From NCBI GenBank assembly GCA_964595645.1, contig CAZQQT010000004.1:1-64000 (forward strand): DNA of 64,000 nucleotides, in the 5' to 3' direction. Position 1 is the first letter of the stretch. Each line of letters starts with the position of its first letter. The translations under genes and the position numbers were made by a program. The notes below the pieces were generated by a model. That model was not told the origin of the DNA. It saw only the letters and a program-made list of their open reading frames with translations, and searched no databases. The stretch comes from an uncultured Thermococci archaeon. Lineage in GTDB: Archaea; Methanobacteriota_B; Thermococci; Methanofastidiosales; B48-G16. This document shows positions 29,424-39,057 of the stretch, in pieces.

Positions 29424-29738
29424 TTATTCTTCTTCAAATGGACCTATCAATTTTGCTAATTCTAAAATATCTGAAAAAAATTCTGTAGTAAAAAATATTT
29501 CAGATATTGATCTAGATAATATCTCATCACCTTTTTCTCCTTTATATTTATATTTGTAAAGATTTCTATAGCCGAAGATTATATTTGGAGGCCCAGTGTC
29601 ATTAATACGGGTTCCTTTATCATATAGAACAATACCGTGATCAAATATTTGATCATTATTTTTTGGTATTTTTATACTTGTAGATTTTCTTGGATTTTGT
29701 GTATTAGTATTATATATATATATCAAGTAATTGTTCAT
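29424..29738 (-). CDS. Probable C-terminal part of the island surface protein
   Basis: Overlaps upstream ORF at the (AT)n tract; same base composition. Confidence 0.55.
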   Translation of the reverse strand: MNNYLIYIYNTNTQNPRKSTSIKIPKNNDQIFDHGIVLYDKGTRINDTGPPNIIFGYRNLYKYKYKGEKGDEILSRSISEIFFTTEFFSDILELAKLIGPFEEE

Positions 29739-31098
29739 AACCTAGTCCATTCAAGCCGAATTTGTCAAAAACTAATCTTAATGCTGCATCGGTAGATGAA
29801 TATTTAACATGTTTTGTTCCAATTGGTTTAACAGAATAATATTTAGTATTCCATGGTATACCTGTTTCCTCATCGATAAATTCTGACCAACACAATGAAA
29901 ATTCTTTACCAATACTATATTTCCAATCACAATCTCTTTTTATATCATTCCACCATCTTCCATAATTACTATAATCATAATCGTTACTCAACCATTTTAC
30001 ATATAGATTTATATCATCTACTTTGAAGAGTTTCTCCTTACCATAATAGAGAAATCCGTTTTCTCCTATCGTAAATTCAGGTAAATGTTCGTCTATTTTT
30101 CCATATAAAAATTTCTCTGGTTCTGTTTTACCATTTTTTGATTTATTTAAAACAACTTCATAAGTATCTAAAAAATTTTCTGCTCCCTTTTCATTTAGTT
30201 GTTTTAATTGTTCTTGTAAAATTGAATATCTAAATGATTTATCAATAATTTTAACTTCATGATTTTCTATAACATCATTTTCTATCATCTTTCTAAAAAA
30301 AGATGTATCAGAAATTTCAGTTAAATATTCTATGCCTGGTTTTCCTTCTTCCTCAACTATATTAAAAAGGTCAGCTATTATATTTGGTGATATATTTTCA
30401 TTAACTAATTCATCAAACGATTTTCCAACATATTTTTCATCATCAGAAATTTTTTCATTATAGTCTAAACCTCTCATATATTCTATTGCTTCTTCTGATA
30501 ACCCATTGTCTTGTCCCCATTCTAATTCCTCATCTACAGGATTTGGGGTTGGTGGTTGTGTTGTAGTTGGAGTGGGAGTAGTTGTTGGTGGTGCTGTATA
30601 TGTTGGTGATTCTGTTGGTTCTTGTGTCTCTGTAGGTTCTGGGGTTTCTGTTGGTTGCCCATTTCCTATACATCCTGAAGCAAAGGAAAATCCTAAAACT
30701 AATGCTGCTGCCACACCAACAGGCTTTTTATATTTCTTAAGAGATTCTCCAAATGATTCCTCAACACCAATTTTATTCCCAGTTGCCACAGCTGCATATT
30801 TTGTTAATTGTTCTGCTTGAGCTCTATAAATTGAAGCATCTATAATAGGATGTGTTTCTGGATGCTCCAATATATCATTATAAGCTTCTTTTGTTGGTCT
30901 AACCTGACCAGAAACATTATATTCTTTATCTAATTCTGGATTATTATTAACAGCTTGTTTAGTAAGTTGTAATAATCTACCAATATCTCTTTCATATTGT
31001 TCTCGAGTTACAGCTATAATATCTTGATTAAAAATGTCTTTTCCATATAAAGATCTTTCTTCTATGTTAAATTCTTGTTTTGGATCCATTTTTATCAC
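29710..31098 (-). CDS. Membrane-anchored protein with P/T-rich linker
   Basis: About 120-aa N-terminal region, KKYKKPVGVAAALVLGFSFASGCIG hydrophobic/lipobox-like segment, PTETPEPTETQEPTESPT...PTP linker. Confidence 0.75.
   Translation of the reverse strand: MIKMDPKQEFNIEERSLYGKDIFNQDIIAVTREQYERDIGRLLQLTKQAVNNNPELDKEYNVSGQVRPTKEAYNDILEHPETHPIIDASIYRAQAEQLTKYAAVATGNKIGVEESFGESLKKYKKPVGVAAALVLGFSFASGCIGNGQPTETPEPTETQEPTESPTYTAPPTTTPTPTTTQPPTPNPVDEELEWGQDNGLSEEAIEYMRGLDYNEKISDDEKYVGKSFDELVNENISPNIIADLFNIVEEEGKPGIEYLTEISDTSFFRKMIENDVIENHEVKIIDKSFRYSILQEQLKQLNEKGAENFLDTYEVVLNKSKNGKTEPEKFLYGKIDEHLPEFTIGENGFLYYGKEKLFKVDDINLYVKWLSNDYDYSNYGRWWNDIKRDCDWKYSIGKEFSLCWSEFIDEETGIPWNTKYYSVKPIGTKHVKYSSTDAALRLVFDKFGLNGLGYEQLLDIYI
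29711..29723. repeat. (TA)6 dinucleotide microsatellite at ORF junction
   Basis: TATATATATATAT read directly. Confidence 0.85.
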
Positions 31099-31166
31099 TT
31101 GACAATAGTGAAAACTAATATTTAAACTTTTATATTAGAAAACCACTTATAGATAATACTAGAATC

Positions 31167-33959
31167 TTATTTCAACACCCGTTCCAGATACTCGCCCGTA
31201 TACGTACCCTCCTCCACGATCTCCTCAGGTGTTCCCGTGGCCACGACGTAGCCACCGTCCTCACCTCCTTCGGGACCGAGATCGATGATATGATCCGCAT
31301 TTTTAATCACCTCGAGGTTGTGCTCTATTACGAGTACGGTATTTCCCTTCTCCACAAGACGGTTAAGCACAGCGAGGAGCTTCTTGACATCGTCGAAATG
31401 AAGCCCGGTCGTCGGCTCGTCGAGAATGTACAGTGTGTCCCCAGTGGATCGTTTGCTTAGTTCCGTAGAGAGCTTTACTCGTTGTGCCTCGCCGCCGGAG
31501 AGTGTGGTGGATCGCTGTCCGAGTTTTATATATCCCATGCCCACATCGTACAGTGTCTGAAGCTTTCGTTTCGCATTGGGAATGTTCTCAAAAAACTCCA
31601 ATGCCTCCTCAACGGTCATATCGAGTACATCGGCGATGTTCTTCCCCTTATATCTTACCTCCAGCGTCTCTTTGTTGTATCGATCGCCGTGGCAAACATC
31701 ACAAGGGACATAGACATCTGGAAGGAAGTGCATCTCGATCTTCGTGACACCATGCCCTCGGCACGCCTCGCACCGTCCGCCCTTCACATTGAAACTGAAC
31801 CGTCCCTTCTCGTATCCTCGGACCTTTGACTCTGGAAGGGAAGCGAATAGTTCACGTATCGGTGTGAAGGCACTGGTATAGGTAGCTGGATTTGACCTGG
31901 GTGTCCTTCCAATAGGTGATTGATCGATAACAACGACCTTATCAATATTCTCGAGCCCTCGGAGCTCTCCATGTTCGCCGGGCCTTTTTGTGGAACTATA
32001 CAACTCCTGAGCAATTGCTCGATAGAGTGTCTCATTCACAAGAGAGGATTTTCCGGAACCGGAAACGCCCGTTACGCATACGAACACACCCAGTGGAATG
32101 TTGACGGTGATATTTTTCAGATTGTTATGTTGTACATCCGTGATAGTCAGAAAGATACTTGAATTCCTCCTTTTTTCCGGTACGGGTATCTCCAGATCCC
32201 CTTTCAGGTACTTGCCGGTGAGAGAATCTTCATTGTGTATAATCTCCTCCAGCGTCCCTTGCGCAACGACCTCTCCTCCATGAGCACCAGCGCCCGGCCC
32301 CATATCAACAATATGATCAGCACTCCGGATCATGTTTTCGTCATGCTCTATCACAATCACCGTGTTGCCGATATCCCGCAGTCGCTTGAGCGTATGAATC
32401 AATCGGGAGTTATCCCGCTGATGCAACCCAATGGTCGGCTCGTCGAGGATGTAAAGGACACCGACAAGCTTCGAACCTATTTGAGTAGCCAGCCGAATCC
32501 GTTCCGCCTCTCCTCCGGAAAGTGTGGCGGACTTCCGTTCGAGAGAGAGATAATCGAGGCCCACAGATATCAAAAATTCTAACCTGTGCCGTATCTCCTT
32601 TAATATCTGTTTTGCAATTACCTTTTCCCTTTCTGTAAGTGTTACCTGCTCAAAAAACTCATATAAATTTTTTATCGGCATTTCGGTTAACTCAATAATA
32701 TTTTTTCCTTTTATAGTAATAGAAAGACTTTCTTTTTTCAGTCGTTTTCCGTGGCAGGAGGGACATGCTCTTTCACGCATGTATTTCCGTATTTTGTTCC
32801 GAATACGCTCCGATGACGTCTCCTTGAACCTTCGCTCAAGATTTGTGATGACCCCTTCAAAGGTCCCTCTATACGTCCACGTAGAGTTCTCTCCATTGAA
32901 GGAGAAATCCATTTCATTCTCAGTACCGTGGAGAAGTTCGTTCACAACTCGTTCGTCCATCTCCTCAATGGGGATGTCTACAGTGTAGCCGTGATTTTTC
33001 ACGACGGTTCTAAGTTTCTTCATGTAGTAACTATCCCTCTTGCTTCCCCACGCATCGATCGCACCTTCTGCAAGGGAGAGTGATCTATCGGGAATAATAA
33101 GATCAGGATCCACCTGGATCTTATATCCAAGTCCATTACATTCCTCACATGCACCAAAGGGTGAGTTAAAGGAGAAACTCCGTGGCTCTATCTCGCCGAA
33201 GCTAATCCCACAGTCAGGACAGGCGAACTCCTCACTGAAAAGATGTTCCTCGTTCTCCGTTGCGATAAGAACGAGTCCTTCTCCCATTTTCAATGCGAGC
33301 TCTACGGCATCGGCTATCCGTGTCTTCTCTACCTCTTTTTCCATAGTGATTCGATCAATTACCACCTCGATGGTGTGCTTCTTGTATTTATCCAACGAGA
33401 TCTCTTCATCGAGACGGCGGAGCGCTCCATCCACTCTCACTCGTGCGAATCCATCTTTCCGCAGTCGCTCAAATTCCTGCTTATACTCTCCCTTTTTTCC
33501 CCGGGCGATGGGTGCAAGGATCGTGGTTCTCCCGCTGAACTCAAGGGCGCTCTCAATGATCTGTTGCGATGTCTGTTGCCGTATTTCCTTCCCGCATTCG
33601 GGACAGTGGGGAATGCCTACCCGTGCAAAAAGAAGTCTGAGATAATCGTATATCTCTGTGACCGTTCCCACGGTAGACCGGGGGTTCTTGGAGATCCCCT
33701 TCTGCTCAATAGAGATAGAGGGTGAGAGTCCCTCGATATATTCAACATCGGGTTTCTCCATCTGCCCTAAAAACTGTCGGGCGTAGGCAGATAACGACTC
33801 AACGTACCGCCGCTGTCCCTCAGCATAGAGGGTGTCAAAGGCTAACGATGATTTCCCTGAACCGGAAACGCCCGTAATCACAGTAAGGGTCTCTCGTGGA
33901 AGTTCGAGATCGATGTTTTTGAGGTTGTGTTCTCGTGCACCTGCAATCTTGATACTCAT
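31167..33959 (-). CDS. uvrA: Excinuclease ABC subunit A
   Basis: Two ABC cassettes ([20 protein letters not shown]), zinc fingers, [11 protein letters not shown]. Confidence 0.98.
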   Translation of the reverse strand: MSIKIAGAREHNLKNIDLELPRETLTVITGVSGSGKSSLAFDTLYAEGQRRYVESLSAYARQFLGQMEKPDVEYIEGLSPSISIEQKGISKNPRSTVGTVTEIYDYLRLLFARVGIPHCPECGKEIRQQTSQQIIESALEFSGRTTILAPIARGKKGEYKQEFERLRKDGFARVRVDGALRRLDEEISLDKYKKHTIEVVIDRITMEKEVEKTRIADAVELALKMGEGLVLIATENEEHLFSEEFACPDCGISFGEIEPRSFSFNSPFGACEECNGLGYKIQVDPDLIIPDRSLSLAEGAIDAWGSKRDSYYMKKLRTVVKNHGYTVDIPIEEMDERVVNELLHGTENEMDFSFNGENSTWTYRGTFEGVITNLERRFKETSSERIRNKIRKYMRERACPSCHGKRLKKESLSITIKGKNIIELTEMPIKNLYEFFEQVTLTEREKVIAKQILKEIRHRLEFLISVGLDYLSLERKSATLSGGEAERIRLATQIGSKLVGVLYILDEPTIGLHQRDNSRLIHTLKRLRDIGNTVIVIEHDENMIRSADHIVDMGPGAGAHGGEVVAQGTLEEIIHNEDSLTGKYLKGDLEIPVPEKRRNSSIFLTITDVQHNNLKNITVNIPLGVFVCVTGVSGSGKSSLVNETLYRAIAQELYSSTKRPGEHGELRGLENIDKVVVIDQSPIGRTPRSNPATYTSAFTPIRELFASLPESKVRGYEKGRFSFNVKGGRCEACRGHGVTKIEMHFLPDVYVPCDVCHGDRYNKETLEVRYKGKNIADVLDMTVEEALEFFENIPNAKRKLQTLYDVGMGYIKLGQRSTTLSGGEAQRVKLSTELSKRSTGDTLYILDEPTTGLHFDDVKKLLAVLNRLVEKGNTVLVIEHNLEVIKNADHIIDLGPEGGEDGGYVVATGTPEEIVEEGTYTGEYLERVLK

Positions 33960-34019
33960 CGCTCCTCACTTCCACAATTCTACTTAAAAAGGTATGGAGA
34001 AAATTAAAAAGAAAGAAAT

Positions 34020-34526
34020 TTATAGCAATTTTACGTTTTCAAAGTGGGTAAAATCACAGTGGTGGATAATAATTCCTTCAGGTGTCCTTTTTATAAATTC
34101 TCCCTCCTTCGAATGGCCTGCAATCATGCTCACTACTTCCATAGGAAGATCAAACATCATTGCAAGACCTGCACCGGATACTGGGTGCCGTACGATCTCT
34201 CCTGCGTGGCTCTGTACAATGTTGCTTCCGCGCTTCTCATACTCGAGAAACTTCCCGATATCGTGGAGCAAGGCTCCTGCAGTAAGATAGTCCATGTTGA
34301 TATCGAATCCCCGCTGTTTCAGTACCTTTCCCATGTGGTAGCTGAGCTCGGTCACTGTATTGATATGTTCCACCAGGTTAATCTCTGTATCAACAAGAAG
34401 AGTAAATGGTATTTCGTTGATCTCCTCGTCGCTCCATTCTTTCATGGCGTGGGCCATTACCTTTTCTACCTTTTCTCTTAGATCAGTATCTTCGATTCTC
34501 TCCAAATACGGAAATCTTTCCTTCAT
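34020..34526 (-). CDS. HD-domain (HDIG) metal-dependent phosphohydrolase
   Basis: EH...LLHDIGK...RH..SG...HS....IIHHCD; ATGA overlap with citF. Confidence 0.9.
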   Translation of the reverse strand: MKERFPYLERIEDTDLREKVEKVMAHAMKEWSDEEINEIPFTLLVDTEINLVEHINTVTELSYHMGKVLKQRGFDINMDYLTAGALLHDIGKFLEYEKRGSNIVQSHAGEIVRHPVSGAGLAMMFDLPMEVVSMIAGHSKEGEFIKRTPEGIIIHHCDFTHFENVKLL

Positions 34527-36055
34527 TCTTTCACCTCTCGTACAACGTCGATGACGCTGCCATCTCGGTACTGGATTACGCCGATGATCCTCTCCTTCTT
34601 CTCCGGTTTCTCCGGCTCTCCAGCAATACTGTAGGCTTCCTCCTGGAGGTCCTTGATATCCCTCACGCAGATGCCTGCCTTTTCACACCGTTTTCTGAGA
34701 TCCTTTCTCCGTGGGTTAACAGCCACACCGACATCCGTGACAACGACATCCACCACTTCCCCCGGTGTAGTAACAGTATCAACATCCTTCACAATCACCG
34801 GAATTCGTTTTCGCAGGAGGGGGACGGTGATAATAGTCATCTTTGCCCCGGAAGCCACATCCTGATGTCCACCGATGCCGTGAAGCAGTAGCCCATCCGA
34901 GTGTGTATTCACATTAACGTTAAAATCTGTATCTACCTCTGTAGCACCGAGAAAGGCAGCATCCTCCTGATATACAACACAGCCTCTGCTGTTGTAGTTT
35001 GCGTAGATGTTTGGATCGATAAGGTAGTGGTTAGGGTTCTTTTGCAAGGATTCTATTGCTGCCTGATCAAAACTTTGACCATCGACAATACACTTTATTC
35101 TGTCCTTCTCGAGGATGTCGACAAGGTACTTCGTGGTACCTCCGCAGGCAAAACTCCCCACAATATCTTCTTCCCCCATAGCTTCGCCGAGATACTTTGT
35201 GACCGCCAGCGATACACCGCCAGCTCCAGCTTGGAAGCTGAATCCATTCTTAAAAGACCCTGAAGCCTTTATCACATCTATAACTGTCCGTGCAATCTTC
35301 AGTCGTCGGGGTGAGCGCGTAATCCTCAGTGTCCCGGAAACAATACCACTAGGATCACCGATATTGTCCTCCAAAGCCACATGATCCACGTTTGTCTGTG
35401 ACACTGTCATGGGGAGAGCGGGATAGTCCACGAGGTTATTGGTGACTACAATCACCTTATCTGCATACAATGAGTCCGCGAGCGCATACACCAACGAACC
35501 GCACGGCGTTGGACCGTAGCGGCCGTTGGCATTCCCGTATCTATCTGCAGTGGATGCAACGATAAACGCCACATCAATATGTACCTCACCGGCCTCCACC
35601 GTTCGATATCGGTTTCCATGGGAACGCAGGATCCCAGGATGCGGTAGTATTCCATGAGAAACGGCATATCCTACGGGACCGTTCATGCTCCCCTCAATCC
35701 TGTTCACTACACCATTTTTTATGTGATCGACCACAGGCTCGTGGCAGGGAAATAGCGCAGAGGGGAAAAGACGGAGGTTCTTTATTCCAAAGTCTCTGCA
35801 GATATCTAGTACTCTGTTCACCAATACATCCCCGTTTCTGAATGCATGGTGGAACGAGATGGTCATGCCATCCTTCACATACTTTTTTACTGCCTCTTCA
35901 AGACCTATCAGTTTATCTTCTCCTGGTTTGCTCGTTTTTTTCACACGTCCGTAGTTATTTCCGGTAGGTATATGTTCAAAGGGACCTTTATAGTGCTTTA
36001 CCTTTCCGTATCCTTCAATCTTATCAGGTATATCTCTTCCAACAGCATTTTTCAT
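34523..36055 (-). CDS. citF: Citrate lyase alpha subunit / citrate CoA-transferase
   Basis: KDGMTISFHHAFRNGD, RSHG, GNANG, FQAGAGG, EVDTDFNVNV, GGHQD, TPGE.VD. Confidence 0.93.
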   Translation of the reverse strand: MKNAVGRDIPDKIEGYGKVKHYKGPFEHIPTGNNYGRVKKTSKPGEDKLIGLEEAVKKYVKDGMTISFHHAFRNGDVLVNRVLDICRDFGIKNLRLFPSALFPCHEPVVDHIKNGVVNRIEGSMNGPVGYAVSHGILPHPGILRSHGNRYRTVEAGEVHIDVAFIVASTADRYGNANGRYGPTPCGSLVYALADSLYADKVIVVTNNLVDYPALPMTVSQTNVDHVALEDNIGDPSGIVSGTLRITRSPRRLKIARTVIDVIKASGSFKNGFSFQAGAGGVSLAVTKYLGEAMGEEDIVGSFACGGTTKYLVDILEKDRIKCIVDGQSFDQAAIESLQKNPNHYLIDPNIYANYNSRGCVVYQEDAAFLGATEVDTDFNVNVNTHSDGLLLHGIGGHQDVASGAKMTIITVPLLRKRIPVIVKDVDTVTTPGEVVDVVVTDVGVAVNPRRKDLRKRCEKAGICVRDIKDLQEEAYSIAGEPEKPEKKERIIGVIQYRDGSVIDVVREVKE

Positions 36056-37183
36056 CTATCTCCCCTCGTATAAGTCTATTATTTTTTGGGCTCGTTTCGC
36101 CACAGGAAGATCCACCATTCTTCCATCGACACGGGTCACACCCTCCGATTTTTCAAAGGATTCAACCATTTTTTTTGCTTCGTTATACTCCTCACGAGAC
36201 GGTGTAAACACCTTATGGATAACCAGTGCCTGCCGTGGATGGATAATACCCTTTCCATCGTACCCCATCTCCTTTATCATCTGCGTTTCCTTCTCCAGAC
36301 CTTCTTCATCATTCACATCGGGGAAGACGGTATCCAGTGCGTGGATTCCACATGCCTTCGCCGCATTCAGTATGCGTGATCGCAGGTAGAAAAGAGAGCT
36401 GTCATTCCGCTGACCGCCGACGCCTGCGAGATAGTCCTCTGCTCCAAAGGTAAGTGCAGTCACTCGCTTGTAGGATGCGATCTCAAAAGCGTTCTCCACG
36501 CCTCTCGCACTCTCGATGATGGGAACAATCATCACCTCGTTATCCTTCTCATACTGTGCTTCGTACCGTTCAATGACTTGCACAACAGTCTCTATTTCTT
36601 TCCTCGTGTCTACCTTCGGTAGAAGAATAGTATCCACATTCGTCTTCAAGATCTCTTTAAGGTCTTCTTTCCCGATTGGAAATGGATTAATCCGTACCAT
36701 AATCTCTTGTGAATAATTAAGTGTGTGAAGTGCATTTCTCACAAGTATTCGTGCATCTTGTTTATTATCAGGGCTGACTGAGTCCTCCAGATCAAGAATG
36801 ACACAATCACAATCAAATATCGTTCCGTCAAACAACAGTTTAGGATCGTTTCCGGGAAGATAAAGTCGTGTTCTCCGCAGTGTTGTGTCTTTTTTCTTTC
36901 CTCGATCAGTGACAATATTCTCTATCTCTGCGCCTGCCTTTAGAAGTGCAGACTCTATTCGTGCGGCAATCGTGAAATCATGAGCACTTTTATCGATCAC
37001 AGTGATAGTTCCACGACTCACCCCCAGATCCTCCAGTGTCCTCTCCACAGTACGCCGTATCGCCTTTCCGTAGAGTTTTTCAACCTTGCTGGTTACGGTA
37101 ATGGTCAGTTCCTCAGGCGCAAGATCAACCTCCACCCAACAGTCTGCCTTTCCTTTGGTGCCCGAAACTCCTACGCTGTTCAT
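36056..37183 (-). CDS. citE: Fusion of CitD-like carrier domain and CitE citryl-CoA lyase (beta subunit)
   Basis: N-terminal ~85 aa GT...D..V....S.V..LYG..I...D..A.D..I.AR (CitD pattern); then RRTRLYLPGN, LDLEDSV, VRIN, IIESARG, FGAEDY, GK..IHPRQ. Confidence 0.9.
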   Translation of the reverse strand: MNSVGVSGTKGKADCWVEVDLAPEELTITVTSKVEKLYGKAIRRTVERTLEDLGVSRGTITVIDKSAHDFTIAARIESALLKAGAEIENIVTDRGKKKDTTLRRTRLYLPGNDPKLLFDGTIFDCDCVILDLEDSVSPDNKQDARILVRNALHTLNYSQEIMVRINPFPIGKEDLKEILKTNVDTILLPKVDTRKEIETVVQVIERYEAQYEKDNEVMIVPIIESARGVENAFEIASYKRVTALTFGAEDYLAGVGGQRNDSSLFYLRSRILNAAKACGIHALDTVFPDVNDEEGLEKETQMIKEMGYDGKGIIHPRQALVIHKVFTPSREEYNEAKKMVESFEKSEGVTRVDGRMVDLPVAKRAQKIIDLYEGR

Positions 37184-37319
37184 ATAACCTCCTCAATTTT
37201 CACACGATAGTATAGAATGATCGGTTATAAATAGCTTTTTGTTATGAGATCTTCTGTTTCATCATTCGTCTCAAAAAGAAATATATAGATCAAAACAAAG
37301 AGGGTAGTGGTGAAGGACT

Positions 37320-38108
37320 ATGGAAATAGATCTGGAAGGAAAGCGTGCCTTTGTGACGGCATCCTCGAGGGGTATTGGATTTGGAGTGGCCAAAGTGCTG
37401 GCAAAGAGTGGAGCGAATATTGTATTACTCTCCAGGACTGAAGAGAATCTACAAAGAGCCCAGGAAAAACTGCGTAAACTTACAGGGAAAAAACCACATT
37501 ATATCGTTGCAGATCTGTCGATCCGCGAAGATCTCGAGAGAACGATGAAAGATCTCAATGATGCTGGTACTATAGATATCTTCTTTTTCTCCACGGGCGG
37601 ACCAAAACCAGGCTATTTCGCAGAGATGGAAATGGGTGAGTGGGAACATGCTGTTGATCTCTTACTCTACCCTGCTGTGTATCTCGCAAAGAACCTGCTT
37701 CCCAGCATGAAAAAGAGAAAGTGGGGACGAATCATCTACTCCACCAGTATTGCCATTAAAGAACCGATCCCGAATATCGCATTGAGCAATGTAGTACGAA
37801 TCTCCCTCGCTGGACTGGTTCGAACATTGGCAAAAGAAGTAGGAAAAAAGGGAATTACAGTAAATGGGATCATGCCGGGAATGATCAAGACAAATAGAAT
37901 CATGCAACTGGCCCAAGACACCGCAGAACGGGAGGGAAAAACACAAGAAGAAGTATTAAAAGAGTACGCAGAGCGTAATCCTTCCGGGAAAATTGGAAAA
38001 CCAGAGGATATGGGATATCTTGCCGCTTTCTTGGCAAGTGACCTCGCCGCCCATATCAACGGAGCGATGATACCAGTAGATGGTGGAGAACTGGACTCCG
38101 TCTTTTAA
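37320..38108 (+). CDS. Short-chain dehydrogenase/reductase (atypical FabG-like subgroup)
   Basis: TASSRGIG, TGGP, LSNVVR in place of YxxxK, PG.I.T, G.PED, VDGG. Confidence 0.9.
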   Translation: MEIDLEGKRAFVTASSRGIGFGVAKVLAKSGANIVLLSRTEENLQRAQEKLRKLTGKKPHYIVADLSIREDLERTMKDLNDAGTIDIFFFSTGGPKPGYFAEMEMGEWEHAVDLLLYPAVYLAKNLLPSMKKRKWGRIIYSTSIAIKEPIPNIALSNVVRISLAGLVRTLAKEVGKKGITVNGIMPGMIKTNRIMQLAQDTAEREGKTQEEVLKEYAERNPSGKIGKPEDMGYLAAFLASDLAAHINGAMIPVDGGELDSVF

Positions 38109-38125
38109 TGGTACTGGACAAAAAT

Positions 38126-38743
38126 CTATTGTTTGAGATCTATCTCCCATGTTGCCGTAGACTTATCTCTATATTCATTTACTAATATGAATTTTTTAAA
38201 TAAATATCTGCTCGATTTGAACTCCCAGAGTACTCGTCGCGACTCGTAAGGTGCAAGGACAATAGGAAGTTCCACAGGGGTTTTTTCTACTTTAAGTTGT
38301 GAGTATTCATACCGTACTGCAAACTCTGTGCCTTCTGCATCTATTACTTTTATTTCTATAGGGTTAAAGAGGAGCTCCTCTCTTGAAATATTCTGAAAAT
38401 ACACATCAACCCAGTATCCATCTGTATCTGATTGTAGTATATGGCGTACTACGAAATAGAGTCCTCCCTCTTTCAATACTTCATCTATTTCACCTCGTAT
38501 GGTGATGTGAGTAGGTGTGGGGGGAGAAGTGGTTGTGGAAGGAAGACTAGAAGAAGGTGGTGAAGATGGTGGTGAGGTAGGGCTCGAGGTCGTTGTAGGT
38601 ACAGAGGATGAAGTCGATGGTGTCGTGGTGGCTATCGGTGGAGATGACTGAGGAGGCGTAGCTCTATCCACAAAAATCACATACAGCGAACCGATCACCA
38701 GTATTGTCCCTACCGCAGCAACAGCTAAAATTTTTGGATCCAT
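38126..38743 (-). CDS. Membrane-anchored protein with Ser/Thr/Pro-rich linker and beta-rich domain
   Basis: N-terminal TM helix, TPPQSSPPIATTTPSTSSS linker. Confidence 0.75.
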   Translation of the reverse strand: MDPKILAVAAVGTILVIGSLYVIFVDRATPPQSSPPIATTTPSTSSSVPTTTSSPTSPPSSPPSSSLPSTTTSPPTPTHITIRGEIDEVLKEGGLYFVVRHILQSDTDGYWVDVYFQNISREELLFNPIEIKVIDAEGTEFAVRYEYSQLKVEKTPVELPIVLAPYESRRVLWEFKSSRYLFKKFILVNEYRDKSTATWEIDLKQ

Positions 38744-38747
38744 AACA

Positions 38748-38996
38748 TTACATTTTCTTTTTTATAATTTTTAAGAAGTTCAGCAGTATGAAAAGCCCAA
38801 ACAGGAGGACAGAAATAACAGAATATACTCCCAATCGAAGTACCTCCTCCCAGAACAAATTTAGCAGTATAAGTGCAATTATGAGCACTATAGGTATCCA
38901 GAGCCACTGCGATACCGCGGGTTCTGGCTCAATGGGTTCCATCTCCTCCGGTTTTCTCGGGGGCTTGAACTCCATCTCTTCTATTTCTCTCATCAC
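38748..38996 (-). CDS. Small two-TM membrane protein
   Basis: Two hydrophobic stretches; 4 nt upstream of the next gene. Confidence 0.65.
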   Translation of the reverse strand: MMREIEEMEFKPPRKPEEMEPIEPEPAVSQWLWIPIVLIIALILLNLFWEEVLRLGVYSVISVLLFGLFILLNFLKIIKKKM

Positions 38997-39057
38997 ATAT
39001 CCCTCAGAGCCCTAATATTTAACTTTTTCTATGAAGAAGAAAAAAGAAAGACAAAGG

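Larger units (their letters stand above)
29290..31160. mobile_element. AT-rich horizontally acquired island (no mobility gene)
   Basis: Abrupt composition change: line 30241-30300 has 11/60 G+C, line 31201-31260 in uvrA has 38/60; lies between convergent tag and uvrA ends. Confidence 0.65.

Noticed and set aside
30545-30657. Low-complexity repeats here and at about 38510-38660
   Set aside because: Explained as Pro/Thr/Ser linkers of membrane-anchored proteins
29291-31173. Similar words AGGATCTTTATTT and AGAATCTTATTT at the island edges as a target-site duplication
   Set aside because: Imperfect, short and AT-rich; likely chance, and no integrase or transposase nearby
37320-38108. SDR lacking YxxxK as a novel pseudo-enzyme
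   Set aside because: SNxxR variants are a known atypical SDR subgroup
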